A stretch of DNA of 56,309 bases from Candidatus Saccharimonadota bacterium (GCA_028288965.1 JAQGHD010000013.1:1-56309), one strand, 5' to 3'. Shown: positions 9,033-18,008, numbered from the stretch's first letter. The notes: generated by a model not told the origin, from the sequence alone. Numbers and translations are program-made.

Positions 9033-10691
9033 CTAAGCACTCTTTATGGCAACGGTTGCCGGGTTTGGCAAGGTAATGGTAAAGGTTGACCCCTGGTTTG
9101 GTTTTGAGCTCACCGTAATTGAGCCCTGGTGCAGGTCAACAATTTTCTTTGACCAGTAAAGGCCCAGTCCGTTGCCGTCAACAGCGTGGGTAAGGGCCAT
9201 GCTAACTCGAGAAAATTTCTTAAACAGTTTACCTATATCTTGTTTGGCTATGCCAATGCCGGTGTCGATTATGTTGATGACCTGCTCATTTTTATGGTTA
9301 TTGAGCTGGATGGTGATGGATTGACCATCGGGGGTATACTTACTGGCATTTTCAATAATGTTTTCGAGGACCATGCGCATTTTGTCTTTGTCGACCAAAA
9401 TTGTTGAGCGCTTACTGCTCGGCGTAAATTGCACGCTTTGACGGCGCATAGCAAAAATGGAGTGCTGATCTTGGATGATTTCACTGATCATGGTACGCAG
9501 ATTTACCTGCTGCTTTTTAAGCACCACTTTACCGGCATCTACCTGCGCTACTTTTAGCAAGTCATTAACGATCTGAATTTCACGTTCGTTACAGTCGTAG
9601 GCCAAGCGCAGCAAGCGGCGCTGGTCCGGCGTCAAGGCGCCGGCGTAACTTTCAAGTACCATACCAACATATTGTTTGACACCGGTGGCCGGCGTTCTGA
9701 GTTGATGCGAGGCCAGCGAAATGAATTCGTCTTTGGCTTGATTTAGCGCCAGCAAGCGTTTGCGCTGCCTGCTCAGCGCAATGGTTCGTTGCATGAGCTT
9801 TTGCTGTACTTTGGCGGTCTCCAACCGTTCACTGACTACGGCTGCCATCACCATGAAGGTTAGCGCCGTTACCCCAATAAAACTCTGCAGTAGTAACAAG
9901 CCATGGCTCAGCCCCGGGCGGGCAAAGGGGCCAGAACCAGCAACCGTTGCCCAAATAGCTATTAACAGCACCAGGGAAGTAGCTGTCACTGCCCCGGGTT
10001 GCCCAAAGCGTAGTGCAATCCACACCAGGATGGGGAAGATCGGGAAGGCAAAAGCAAAGGCCGGTATGCCTAACCAGCCAATGCCCCAAAAGATCAAAAT
10101 GCTCATGCCCACCAACAGATTCGTCAGAACAGCAATCTCTCCCAAATGTTTCTTTTCGATGGTTGGCCGCTGACTCCAGACCAACAGCAAAGGGGCTACC
10201 ACCAAAACACCAAGCATGTCGCCGACCCACCAGGCCAACCACGTTCGGCCATATGTAGCTGGCCGTACCGTGCCAGCCAGCAGCAGACTGCTGACGCCAA
10301 TGGTGGCGCTGACTAACGTGCTGCCAACGGCGGCTAAACCAATAAGCCCCAAGACATCCTTTATGCGTTCCAGCGAAGGCCGAAAGTCAATAACATGCCC
10401 TACCAGATAGGCTCCCAGCACGGCTTCCAAGGTGTTACCCATGCCAATGCCGATGGCGGCCACCAATGGCGCGCCAGTGGTCCAATTAACCAAAAAGGCA
10501 GCCAAAGCAATGCCCGGCCAAAGATCGAATCCAAAAATTATCAATACTGCTAAAGCTATTCCGGTTGGGGGCCACACCAGGGCGGCAAAGCCACTGACTG
10601 CGTCCAAACTCAGTCCAACACGAGCCGTAATAAAATAAACCGCCAGCAAAACGGTTACCTTTAGTAAGTAGCGTAAACGACGTTTCCACAC
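9033..10691 (-). CDS. sensor histidine kinase with N-terminal multi-pass (MASE1-like) membrane domain
   Basis: About 8 TM spans, then H-box DEFISLASHQLRTPATGVKQYVGM and HATPase N/G boxes (DTGIGI, GNGLGLY). GTG start. Confidence 0.85.
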   Translation of the reverse strand: MWKRRLRYLLKVTVLLAVYFITARVGLSLDAVSGFAALVWPPTGIALAVLIIFGFDLWPGIALAAFLVNWTTGAPLVAAIGIGMGNTLEAVLGAYLVGHVIDFRPSLERIKDVLGLIGLAAVGSTLVSATIGVSSLLLAGTVRPATYGRTWLAWWVGDMLGVLVVAPLLLVWSQRPTIEKKHLGEIAVLTNLLVGMSILIFWGIGWLGIPAFAFAFPIFPILVWIALRFGQPGAVTATSLVLLIAIWATVAGSGPFARPGLSHGLLLLQSFIGVTALTFMVMAAVVSERLETAKVQQKLMQRTIALSRQRKRLLALNQAKDEFISLASHQLRTPATGVKQYVGMVLESYAGALTPDQRRLLRLAYDCNEREIQIVNDLLKVAQVDAGKVVLKKQQVNLRTMISEIIQDQHSIFAMRRQSVQFTPSSKRSTILVDKDKMRMVLENIIENASKYTPDGQSITIQLNNHKNEQVINIIDTGIGIAKQDIGKLFKKFSRVSMALTHAVDGNGLGLYWSKKIVDLHQGSITVSSKPNQGSTFTITLPNPATVAIKSA

Positions 10692-10758
10692 AGCTTTTTA
10701 TTATAACCGCTCATGCAAATTTTATGGCTGCAAAAGCCGGTCTAAAACCTTTACATAT

Positions 10759-11187
10759 CTAGGACTTTGCTTGCAAAATAGAAAAGCGATTTCCCTCAGT
10801 GTCCTCAATGGAGACCCACAGGCCCACGCCGGGAATCATCTGCGGCTCAAGCGTGTGTTCGCCTTTTTGGTTCAAGCTACCGAGAATTTTTCCACCAGCT
10901 TCTTTAACTGCTTTTACAGCCGCCTGGATATCATCGACTGAAACAACTACCGAAGGAGCCTGGCTGAGAGGATCATCGGTTTTTTTATAAAATCCGCCGT
11001 TAATAGCGCCTTTGGTTTGAACCATACCATCTTTATCGGTTTCAGTCGTGTGGGCGACAACATAACCACCCATTTCTGGCCCCATTACCTCGTTTTCCCA
11101 ACCAAAAACCGTTTCATAAAACTTGGCCATGCGTGCCTGGTCTTTGTAGCCCATCTCAAAATGTACAACCGGATTCATTTTACCCAT
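10759..11187 (-). CDS. VOC (glyoxalase/bleomycin-resistance fold) family protein
   Basis: VHFEMGYKD..FYETVFGW..GVGLWVSIEDTEGNRFSILQ pattern. Confidence 0.75.
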   Translation of the reverse strand: MGKMNPVVHFEMGYKDQARMAKFYETVFGWENEVMGPEMGGYVVAHTTETDKDGMVQTKGAINGGFYKKTDDPLSQAPSVVVSVDDIQAAVKAVKEAGGKILGSLNQKGEHTLEPQMIPGVGLWVSIEDTEGNRFSILQAKS

Positions 11188-11303
11188 AATCTGCCTCCTC
11201 TTTTAGTTCCTAATACATTCTTAATAATACGCTATAAGCAATAAAATTCGTATGCGCCGGTCAGCCCATTAGCACCCTGCTTGGATCTATAAGTAATTGA
11301 CGC

Positions 11304-11322
11304 TTACTTGAATATCAAGTAA
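11304..11322. promoter_or_regulatory. operator-like inverted repeat TTACTTGA-ata-TCAAGTAA next to a TTGACG -35-like hexamer
   Basis: 8+8 perfect inverted repeat in the divergent region between the two VOC genes. TTGACG lies at 11297-11302. Confidence 0.35.
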
Positions 11323-11369
11323 CGTGGCTTAGGCGCTCAACTCGTAACAATTTCAATAGGAGAATACTT

Positions 11370-11702
11370 ATGGCTAAAAACATCAAACTTATCGTGTACC
11401 CAGTCAAGGACTTAGAAGCAGCCAAAACTTTGTTTGGCAAATTTTTAGGGGTGGAGCCCTACGTCGATGGGCCATATTACGTCGGGTATAAGCAGGGTGA
11501 CCTAGAAGTTGGCCTAGACCCCAACGGCCAAGCAGTCATCGGCTATGTAGAAACTGCCGACATCAAAAGCGACCTTCAGGCCTTAGTGGACGCTGGTGCA
11601 ACGGTACAGCAAGAGCCCAAAGACGTTGGGGGCGGATTGCTCATTGCTCAGGTCAAAGATGCCAATGGTAACGTTCTGGGTCTTAGACAGTTGCAAAAGT
11701 AA
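11370..11702 (+). CDS. small VOC family protein
   Basis: Single beta-alpha-beta-beta-beta module: LIVYPVKDLEAAKTLFGKFLG...AQVKDANGNVLGLRQ. AGGAG-type RBS. Confidence 0.7.
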   Translation: MAKNIKLIVYPVKDLEAAKTLFGKFLGVEPYVDGPYYVGYKQGDLEVGLDPNGQAVIGYVETADIKSDLQALVDAGATVQQEPKDVGGGLLIAQVKDANGNVLGLRQLQK

Positions 11703-11922
11703 CTGACCAGCCATCGTGGCTGGGCATATCGGTCAGGAACCTTTTCGCTAAACGTACCTGAATCAGTTACCTATATAATTTAAGTTTTGACGAATATCTT
11801 ACATCAATTCTGACTTTTAAAGAATACACTAAGGGAACGGCGGTTTGTAATGACAGTAAAGTTCATTACTTAATTCAGGGTATTTAACGCATCCATATCG
11901 GATCGGGGAATAGAAGCATAGG

Positions 11923-13125
11923 ATGATTGATACAAAACGTGAACAAAATACTCAAAAGAAGCTTATCAATCAAGACAATCGTATTGCGGCACTCAAAAAA
12001 CAGATGGTGTATTACAAAGAAATCACCGAGACTATTCGTGAGCCGTTCATTATTCTTAATAAAAACCTGAATGTCGTTACTGCCAATTTAGCGTTTTATC
12101 GTAAATTTAAAGTGAAAAAGAAAGATACCGAGGGAAAACAGATTTATGATCTGGGAGATAGTCAATGGGATGCGCCGGAACTTCGAGTGTTACTTGAAAA
12201 CATACTACCTTCTCACAGGGTTTTAAATAACTATGCTGTTACGCACAGTTTCCCGTCAATTGGCACAAAGACCATACTTCTTAACGCCAGACAGGTTGAT
12301 AGTAAACAGCTTATCCTATTGGCAATGGAAGATGTGACCACTCAATGGAAGTTAAAAATTGATTCGGCTGAGATGACGGAAAATTTAATCAAACAACGTG
12401 ATCAACTCCAAGGACTTAACGACGCCAAGGATGAATTTATATCATTGGCCTCTCACCAACTTCGTACACCGGCGACTGCCGTTAAGCAATATGTCGGGAT
12501 GTTAAGCCATGGCTATGTTGGGGAGCTTACGAAAGAACAGCTGGACATGCTCGGGGTTGCCTATAGGAATAATGAAAGACAGCTAGAAATCATCGAGGAT
12601 TTACTCAGAGTAGCAAAAGTCGATGCCGGTAAAGTCTATTTAGACAAGTCTTCTTGTGACGTTGTGGTAAAGATAGAGGAAGCTATTAATGGACAGTCTA
12701 TCTTATTCGAGAATCGAGGACAGGCTGTCATATTTGATAAACCTGACACAAAAATGATTGCTAGCATTGATCCAAAATTGATGCTGATGGTTCTTGAGAA
12801 CATCTTGGACAATGCTGGCAAATACTCTCAGGAGGGAAAACCCGTCACAATAACTATTCATCAAAATAAAACGTATACGATAATTACTATTAAAGATCAT
12901 GGAGTCGGTATACGCAAAAGTGATCAGAAGAAATTATTTAAGAAGTTTTCCAGGATTGATAACCCACTATCGGCGTCAGTGAAAGGCACAGGCCTTGGAC
13001 TGTATTGGGCAAAGAAAGTGTTAGATCTACATGAAGGAAGCATAAAGGTGACCTCTAGCTTGAAAGCCGGCTCTACTTTTGAAGTTGTCACACCTACTGC
13101 TGCCAATTCCTCGTCTGGCGACTAA
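11923..13125 (+). CDS. cytoplasmic PAS-domain sensor histidine kinase
   Basis: PAS-like N-terminus. H-box DEFISLASHQLRTPATAVKQYVGM is nearly identical to the 9033-10691 kinase. HATPase_c C-terminus. Confidence 0.85.
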   Translation: MIDTKREQNTQKKLINQDNRIAALKKQMVYYKEITETIREPFIILNKNLNVVTANLAFYRKFKVKKKDTEGKQIYDLGDSQWDAPELRVLLENILPSHRVLNNYAVTHSFPSIGTKTILLNARQVDSKQLILLAMEDVTTQWKLKIDSAEMTENLIKQRDQLQGLNDAKDEFISLASHQLRTPATAVKQYVGMLSHGYVGELTKEQLDMLGVAYRNNERQLEIIEDLLRVAKVDAGKVYLDKSSCDVVVKIEEAINGQSILFENRGQAVIFDKPDTKMIASIDPKLMLMVLENILDNAGKYSQEGKPVTITIHQNKTYTIITIKDHGVGIRKSDQKKLFKKFSRIDNPLSASVKGTGLGLYWAKKVLDLHEGSIKVTSSLKAGSTFEVVTPTAANSSSGD

Positions 13126-13221
13126 TCCAGGGAGAGACTTATAAGAACTTTCATGCTGTACGTAGCATCGGCTGAACATGCCGTGTCTACTTTTGATTGG
13201 TTGTCATCGAAAAAGGTATTG

Positions 13222-13959
13222 TTATCTACTAAACTTACTGCTGTCAGTCTTTGCCTCAAGCAAGCGCCATAAGTATTGGCTAATAGGATTGCCTAACTCC
13301 TCGTGGAGTTTGTTGATATCATTAATCACTATTTCGTGGTCAATCGAGTCGACTAGGCCTTTATGCATCAGCCGTTCGAATTCTCTGCTGACAGTTTCCC
13401 TAGTAAGATTGATGGTGCTTCCTATTAAACTGTGCGTAAAAAGCTTATCGAGCCTAATCTGGTCTCCCCTCTTTTGCCCAAACCGTGCGCCCAAAATAAC
13501 TAAACGGTAAACAAGACGTTCATTGGCTTTCAAGTATGCTAAGTTCTCAAGCAGGTCCGCAAAGGAGGTAACCTGAAACAATAGTTTTTCTATCATTGCA
13601 TTTGAAAGTGCTAAATTGTTGAATATACCATCCAGGGCGAGGTTACTTGCAATACTATGAAGCTTCACGCTCGTGAGTGCTTTGTAAAAAATATCCCTGC
13701 TATTTGGGTTTACAAGCGGTAATACGGGGAATACATCTCCCCGGCCATAAATAATAAGGACTCTCTCGTTCCCCTCATTGTCAGTTGTAAATGCTTTGAT
13801 ATAACCGTGACCTATATAGTGTAGTGATTGACTGGCCGTTATATGGTCTGGGCTAAAATCATAACCCTTGGGATAAGTTTTTGTAAGCCCACTTCTAAAA
13901 AGATCGAAAAGCGTTTGGTATTTTGAGTGATTATGAGAAACCACTTGAGATTTGCCCAT
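13222..13959 (-). CDS. Crp/Fnr family transcriptional regulator
   Basis: cNMP-binding-like beta-barrel N-terminus plus C-terminal HTH (STINLTRETVSREFERL). Confidence 0.8.
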   Translation of the reverse strand: MGKSQVVSHNHSKYQTLFDLFRSGLTKTYPKGYDFSPDHITASQSLHYIGHGYIKAFTTDNEGNERVLIIYGRGDVFPVLPLVNPNSRDIFYKALTSVKLHSIASNLALDGIFNNLALSNAMIEKLLFQVTSFADLLENLAYLKANERLVYRLVILGARFGQKRGDQIRLDKLFTHSLIGSTINLTRETVSREFERLMHKGLVDSIDHEIVINDINKLHEELGNPISQYLWRLLEAKTDSSKFSR

Positions 13960-14051
13960 CTAGAACTACCCTTAGTTATGTCTGGTTTGAACCACTCTAA
14001 TAGTAAGATATTATTCTTGAATCTACTATGTAGTTATTTGAAGGCCATTTT

Positions 14052-14066
14052 GGTGATTCGAATCAC
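14052..14066. promoter_or_regulatory. Crp/Fnr-type box 1 (GGTGATTCGAATCAC; 14-bp perfect palindrome at 14053-14066)
   Basis: GTGAT-N4-ATCAC dyad in the divergent intergenic region next to the Crp/Fnr gene. Confidence 0.55.
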
Positions 14067-14086
14067 TGCTTTGTTGTTTATCTGCT

Positions 14087-14112
14087 AATAAGGTGATTCG
14101 AATCACCTTATT
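14087..14112. promoter_or_regulatory. Crp/Fnr-type box 2 inside a 26-bp perfect palindrome AATAAGGTGATTCGAATCACCTTATT
   Basis: Shares a 15-mer with box 1. Dyad centres are 40 bp apart. The palindrome ends 1 nt before the GTG at 14113. Confidence 0.55.
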
Positions 14113-15927
14113 GTGAAGCGTCATTATATTATTCTGAATCGTAGCCAGAGGGTCTCGAGGCTTTATGGCCATAACCCCCAAAATAAAAAGGAACTTGTTA
14201 CGAAAAAAATTCATATTTACCTGCTGGCAACCATGATGGTCGTTACTGTTGCGCTTGGTATCACCTGGCGGACTGCCGCACATGCTGCATCGACGCCGTC
14301 GTTTGGGGCAGCGGCGAGCTACGGTGTACTAGCTAACACCTATACCAACTCGGGGGCCGCTACCACCACAGTTAACGGGGATGTCGGATTCACGGTCGCA
14401 CCAACGATTGCTCCGGGAGGTACACACACCAACTACGGATCTGGCTCTCCATATACTACGGCTGGCGCCGATCAAGATACTGCTCTGACTACCTTGAATA
14501 ACCAGGCCTGTACGTTCACTTGGAACGCAGCAGTCGACCTCTTTCTCGATGCTACGCACGGTACGCCTGGCGTGTATACTCCTGGCATATATTGCAGCGT
14601 TGGGGCTATGAATGTAACCGGTTCGCTCACCTTTAATGGCAGCGGCACTTACATTTTTAGAGCCACCGGCGCACTCGGCACTACGGCCGGTATTGGTATT
14701 ACTTTAGCTAGCGGGGCGTCAGCCTGCGATGTTTTTTGGACGCCCCACGCCACTACGCTTGGTGCCGGTACGAACTTCGCGGGTACGCTAATAGACAATG
14801 ATGCCGTTACGGTTGGTGCTAACACTGCCTGGACAGGCCGGGCCTTTGCGTTTAACGGACCAGTTACAACCGGTGCTTCCAGTACTATTACTGTACCAGC
14901 ATGTACACTTCCCCCAGCCACCCTGCATGTCGTTAAACGGGTGGTAAATAATAGTGGCGGCACTGCTAGCATTTCTTCGTTTAGCCTGTACGTCAAACTG
15001 GCCGGGGTCGATGTTTCTGGAAGCCCAGAACCCGGGACTGCTGCGCCCGGAACCTCTTATTCACTGGCGGCCGGCACTTATGTTGTAAGTGAAGATGTAA
15101 AGGCTGGATACGCCGCAACATTCAGCGGGGACTGTAATTCCAGCGGTAGTGTAACGCTCGCCTCAAGTGAAGACAAAACGTGTACAATCACGAATGACGA
15201 CATACCCGTACCGCCGCTAATTGATGTAGTAAAGGTACCCAGCCCTCTAACTTTGCCGAGTGGTCCCGGCTCAGTGACATACGCCTATACGGTTCGTAAC
15301 ACCGGAACAGTGGCAATGAGCAACGTAACGCTGACAGACAATAAATGTAGCCCTGTGGGATTTATATCAGGCGATACCAACAATGATTCCAAGCTTGATA
15401 TTAGTGAAACTTGGACTTACCAGTGCGTCACAACGCTTTCGCAAACCACCACAAACACAGCTACTGTCTCAGGCCAAGCTAACGGTTTCACGGCGACCGA
15501 CACTGCTAGTGCAACGGTTGTCGTTAGCACGTCGCTACCACCCCCGTTAATCCATGTCGTTAAAATTTCCAGCACGTTGGTTGTTGCATCTGGCGGATCG
15601 GTTACCTATACCTATACAATCACCAACCTCGGTACGGCTCCTTTAAGTAATGTGAGTATTGTTGATGATAAATGTAGCCTCATGTCCGGTCCCTCCGGTG
15701 ACAACAATAACAATAATATGTTGGAGGCTTCGGAAACCTGGACATATACCTGCCAGACGAATTTGATGGTAACTACTGTAAGTACCGCCATTGCCGAAGG
15801 AACCGCAAATAGTTTGACTGCCACTGACTCGTCCATCGTTACTGTTGTGGTCATACCTCCTGACGTGAAAGTTCCTGATAATGCGATACCTCCTCCTGCG
15901 ATAGTAACTCCCGTAGACTTCAAGTAA
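14113..15927 (+). CDS. secreted surface protein: ice-binding-like (DUF3494) domain, prealbumin-like domain, and two tandem repeat domains
   Basis: Signal-like KKIHIYLLATMMVVTVALGITWRTAAHA. AASYGVLA..TVNGDVG and DVFW motifs of DUF3494. HVVKRVVNNSGGTA...CTITNDD module. The start codon is uncertain: only the GTG at 14113 lies upstream of the signal peptide. Confidence 0.7.
   Translation: MKRHYIILNRSQRVSRLYGHNPQNKKELVTKKIHIYLLATMMVVTVALGITWRTAAHAASTPSFGAAASYGVLANTYTNSGAATTTVNGDVGFTVAPTIAPGGTHTNYGSGSPYTTAGADQDTALTTLNNQACTFTWNAAVDLFLDATHGTPGVYTPGIYCSVGAMNVTGSLTFNGSGTYIFRATGALGTTAGIGITLASGASACDVFWTPHATTLGAGTNFAGTLIDNDAVTVGANTAWTGRAFAFNGPVTTGASSTITVPACTLPPATLHVVKRVVNNSGGTASISSFSLYVKLAGVDVSGSPEPGTAAPGTSYSLAAGTYVVSEDVKAGYAATFSGDCNSSGSVTLASSEDKTCTITNDDIPVPPLIDVVKVPSPLTLPSGPGSVTYAYTVRNTGTVAMSNVTLTDNKCSPVGFISGDTNNDSKLDISETWTYQCVTTLSQTTTNTATVSGQANGFTATDTASATVVVSTSLPPPLIHVVKISSTLVVASGGSVTYTYTITNLGTAPLSNVSIVDDKCSLMSGPSGDNNNNNMLEASETWTYTCQTNLMVTTVSTAIAEGTANSLTATDSSIVTVVVIPPDVKVPDNAIPPPAIVTPVDFK
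15211..15855 (+). repeat. two tandem ~107-aa intragenic repeats
   Basis: PPLIDVVKVPSPL..SVTYAYTVRNTGTVAMSNVTLTDNKCSP..ETWTYQC versus PPLIHVVKISSTL..SVTYTYTITNLGTAPLSNVSIVDDKCSL..ETWTYTC. Confidence 0.8.
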
Positions 15928-15947
15928 TCCACTTCCAAATATGCAGA

Positions 15948-15971
15948 AAGTCGAGTCAAAAGTCTCGACTT
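15948..15971 (+). terminator. candidate hairpin terminator after the surface-protein gene
   Basis: AAGTCGAG-8 nt-CTCGACTT. The downstream T-tract is poor. Confidence 0.35.
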
Positions 15972-16027
15972 CTTACATGGCTTGGGTATCGTGGACAATG
16001 CTAGAACTTCACTGTTAAGCTTATAAG

Positions 16028-16468
16028 ATGAAAATTAAGCGTATTGATCATATCGGTGTAGTGGTAAATGACTTAGCGGCCGCCAAGGAGTTTTTCCTAG
16101 ATTTTGGCTTTACGGTTCAAGGTGAAGCCGAAATGCAGAGTGAACTGCTGGACAAAGTAACGGGACTCAAAAACGCCAAGTCTCGTATTGTCTTCCTGGA
16201 GGCGCCGAACGGGCAAATAAACTTGGAGTTGACCAAATTTATGCGTCCAGCGGACAAATCGGCGGTTCAAGAGAGTTTCATTTACTCGCACGGCATGCAG
16301 CACCTCGCCTTTGTTGTAGAGAATATTGAAGACATCGTAGCTACTGTGAAGCAAAAGGGCTATGAAGTTTTTGTCGACACCTACAATTATGAAAACATGT
16401 ATAAGCTGTGCTACTTTCGCGGACCGGAAGGAATTATCATAGAATTGGCCGAGCAGCTTCAAAAATAA
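16028..16468 (+). CDS. VOC family protein (methylmalonyl-CoA epimerase / glyoxalase-like)
   Basis: MKIKRIDHIGVVVNDLAAAKEFF...GMQHLAFVVENIED...GPEGIIIEL. Confidence 0.8.
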   Translation: MKIKRIDHIGVVVNDLAAAKEFFLDFGFTVQGEAEMQSELLDKVTGLKNAKSRIVFLEAPNGQINLELTKFMRPADKSAVQESFIYSHGMQHLAFVVENIEDIVATVKQKGYEVFVDTYNYENMYKLCYFRGPEGIIIELAEQLQK

Positions 16469-16596
16469 CTGATACAAAAATAATGGCTCACCACGATAGA
16501 GGAAGTTATAACCGTAATCAAAGCATGATTAATCAATGAGATAACGACGATCACAAGTGGACGTACTTCAAACTTTTAATTACTTCAAAACGAAGC

Positions 16597-16872
16597 CTAT
16601 CCTATAGTATTTTTGAGTACGGCAGCTGCGACAATTCGGCAATCCTTTGATGCCGCTGGTGTCTCGGAGCTGCAAAAATCTGCTTGCTCAAGAAGCTCTT
16701 GAGCTGACTTAATTTGATCTTCCGTATGTAGGCCTTCAGTGTCCGTCATTTGTCTAAACGAACGATTATAAGCTGTAGGTTTCTCGGAACCACGTTCGGC
16801 ACACAATGCGTAGGCGAAGCATTCTTGTTTACATAAATCTGACATAAAACAAAAATACCACATAAGTGGCAT
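16597..16872 (-). CDS. hypothetical small Cys-containing protein (start uncertain; may begin at MSDLCKQEC)
   Basis: ORF only. No recognisable motif. Confidence 0.3.
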   Translation of the reverse strand: MPLMWYFCFMSDLCKQECFAYALCAERGSEKPTAYNRSFRQMTDTEGLHTEDQIKSAQELLEQADFCSSETPAASKDCRIVAAAVLKNTIG

Positions 16873-16887
16873 TATGTCAAAATTGCC

Positions 16888-16912
16888 TGGCTCGGTGGGA
16901 GGGATTTGAACC
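16888..16912 (-). other. orphan tRNA-Gln-like 3' fragment (T-loop, T-stem, acceptor, G73, CCA); putative att remnant
   Basis: TGGCTCGGTGGGAGGGATTTGAACC matches 21 of 25 positions with the 3' end of tRNA-Gln at 18975-18999, in the same orientation. Upstream sequence cannot complete a cloverleaf. Confidence 0.55.
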
Positions 16913-16913
16913 G

Positions 16914-17462
16914 CTAGTAAATGTACATAAAGCTGCTGGCGGGTAGGGTCCGCTGCGTAATTTTCCCATAACTAGTGTAATTCATTTCACTTATAAATAT
17001 AGTGCTATCTGGGTTGAGCTTCTCGACGTACACCACATGGTTCCCGCTTTGGCCTATGGCGCCAACCTTTGCTTCTTTTCCGGTGGGCATGCCTTGGGAT
17101 CGTGCCCGAGAGATCCAGGTATAAGCATTGCCGAGATTATTAGGTAGATCAGGTCGTCTGGATTTGGCGTACCAGGTGCAATTACCGCGTGCATAGGTGT
17201 TAGCCTCGGTCTGATTATTAGGCTGAGGACTAACCGGAGCCGATTTGGGCGGCAGCGGTTTTTGAACAGCCGTTGTTGTAACTTTAGCAAATTGAGGCTG
17301 GCTGGACGCAGCAGCAAAGGATTGATTAGAAAACTTAAAATCGGTAACTTTACCTTGGGCCACATAATTTAGCAGGAAGTGAACTACTATTAAACTGCTA
17401 AAAAGAAATGCCACGGCCCAAGTAATAAGGAATGGTTTGATGGCGCTCAGCTCAGCACGCAT
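16914..17462 (-). CDS. membrane-anchored CHAP-domain peptidoglycan hydrolase
   Basis: N-terminal TM span. CHAP catalytic Cys in GNCTWYA and His in GNHVVYVEK. Confidence 0.8.
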   Translation of the reverse strand: MRAELSAIKPFLITWAVAFLFSSLIVVHFLLNYVAQGKVTDFKFSNQSFAAASSQPQFAKVTTTAVQKPLPPKSAPVSPQPNNQTEANTYARGNCTWYAKSRRPDLPNNLGNAYTWISRARSQGMPTGKEAKVGAIGQSGNHVVYVEKLNPDSTIFISEMNYTSYGKITQRTLPASSFMYIY

Positions 17463-17568
17463 TGCTTAACAGCATACGGCCTGGCTGCAATTGTTATTGT
17501 CGGAAATCTAACACTATTTGGCCGGGGACTCGAACCTTCCGAGTGTATCTATCTTTCAGCCGCAAGAA

Positions 17569-17937
17569 TTATCGAGTACTGTCTGAAACTGGATCACCAG
17601 GTACCATAAGATCAAGGACCAGCAAACCCTTGCCGTACCACACCAAAAGATCACCAGTTAGCTCACGCCAAGTGGCGATATCATCTGGATCGCTAAGCAG
17701 CCCTTCGGCATAGACAAGTGAATCTCCCGCTTGTGTCTTTAACCACTGCAGTTTTTCTTCACTCGCAGTAGCTTGAATCTCTTCTGGGACAGTCACATCA
17801 GTCGCTGCTAGCATTTCCAAATAAGATTTATCTTTGTCACTTGTCGCTTGCAGCACATATTCGCGTGCTTGCTGATCTAAGGTGTCAACAGTTGTGGCGT
17901 ACAGAGCTCTTTTAACTTCCAGTGATTCGTCATTCAT
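17569..17937 (-). CDS. hypothetical acidic 122-aa protein
   Basis: ORF with its own promoter-like TTGACA-N17-CAATAT immediately upstream. No known motif. Confidence 0.5.
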   Translation of the reverse strand: MNDESLEVKRALYATTVDTLDQQAREYVLQATSDKDKSYLEMLAATDVTVPEEIQATASEEKLQWLKTQAGDSLVYAEGLLSDPDDIATWRELTGDLLVWYGKGLLVLDLMVPGDPVSDSTR

Positions 17938-17944
17938 TGACTAC

Positions 17945-17973
17945 ATATTGTAATGACAATGATAATTTGTCAA
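17945..17973 (-). promoter_or_regulatory. candidate sigma70 promoter (TTGACA-17-CAATAT) giving a near-leaderless mRNA for the 122-aa gene
   Basis: On the minus strand, TTGACA is at 17973-17968 and CAATAT at 17950-17945. The ATG at 17937 is 7 nt after the -10 element. Confidence 0.4.
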
Positions 17974-18008
17974 TAATTTGGCTGAGCCCCATGGTCTAGA
18001 ACAAGAAT

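Noticed and set aside
17519-17536. Second tRNA-like 3' fragment TGGCCGGGGACTCGAACC
   Set aside because: Too short and internally deleted to call on its own. It is mentioned only as supporting context for the tRNA-Gln islet, not annotated as a feature.
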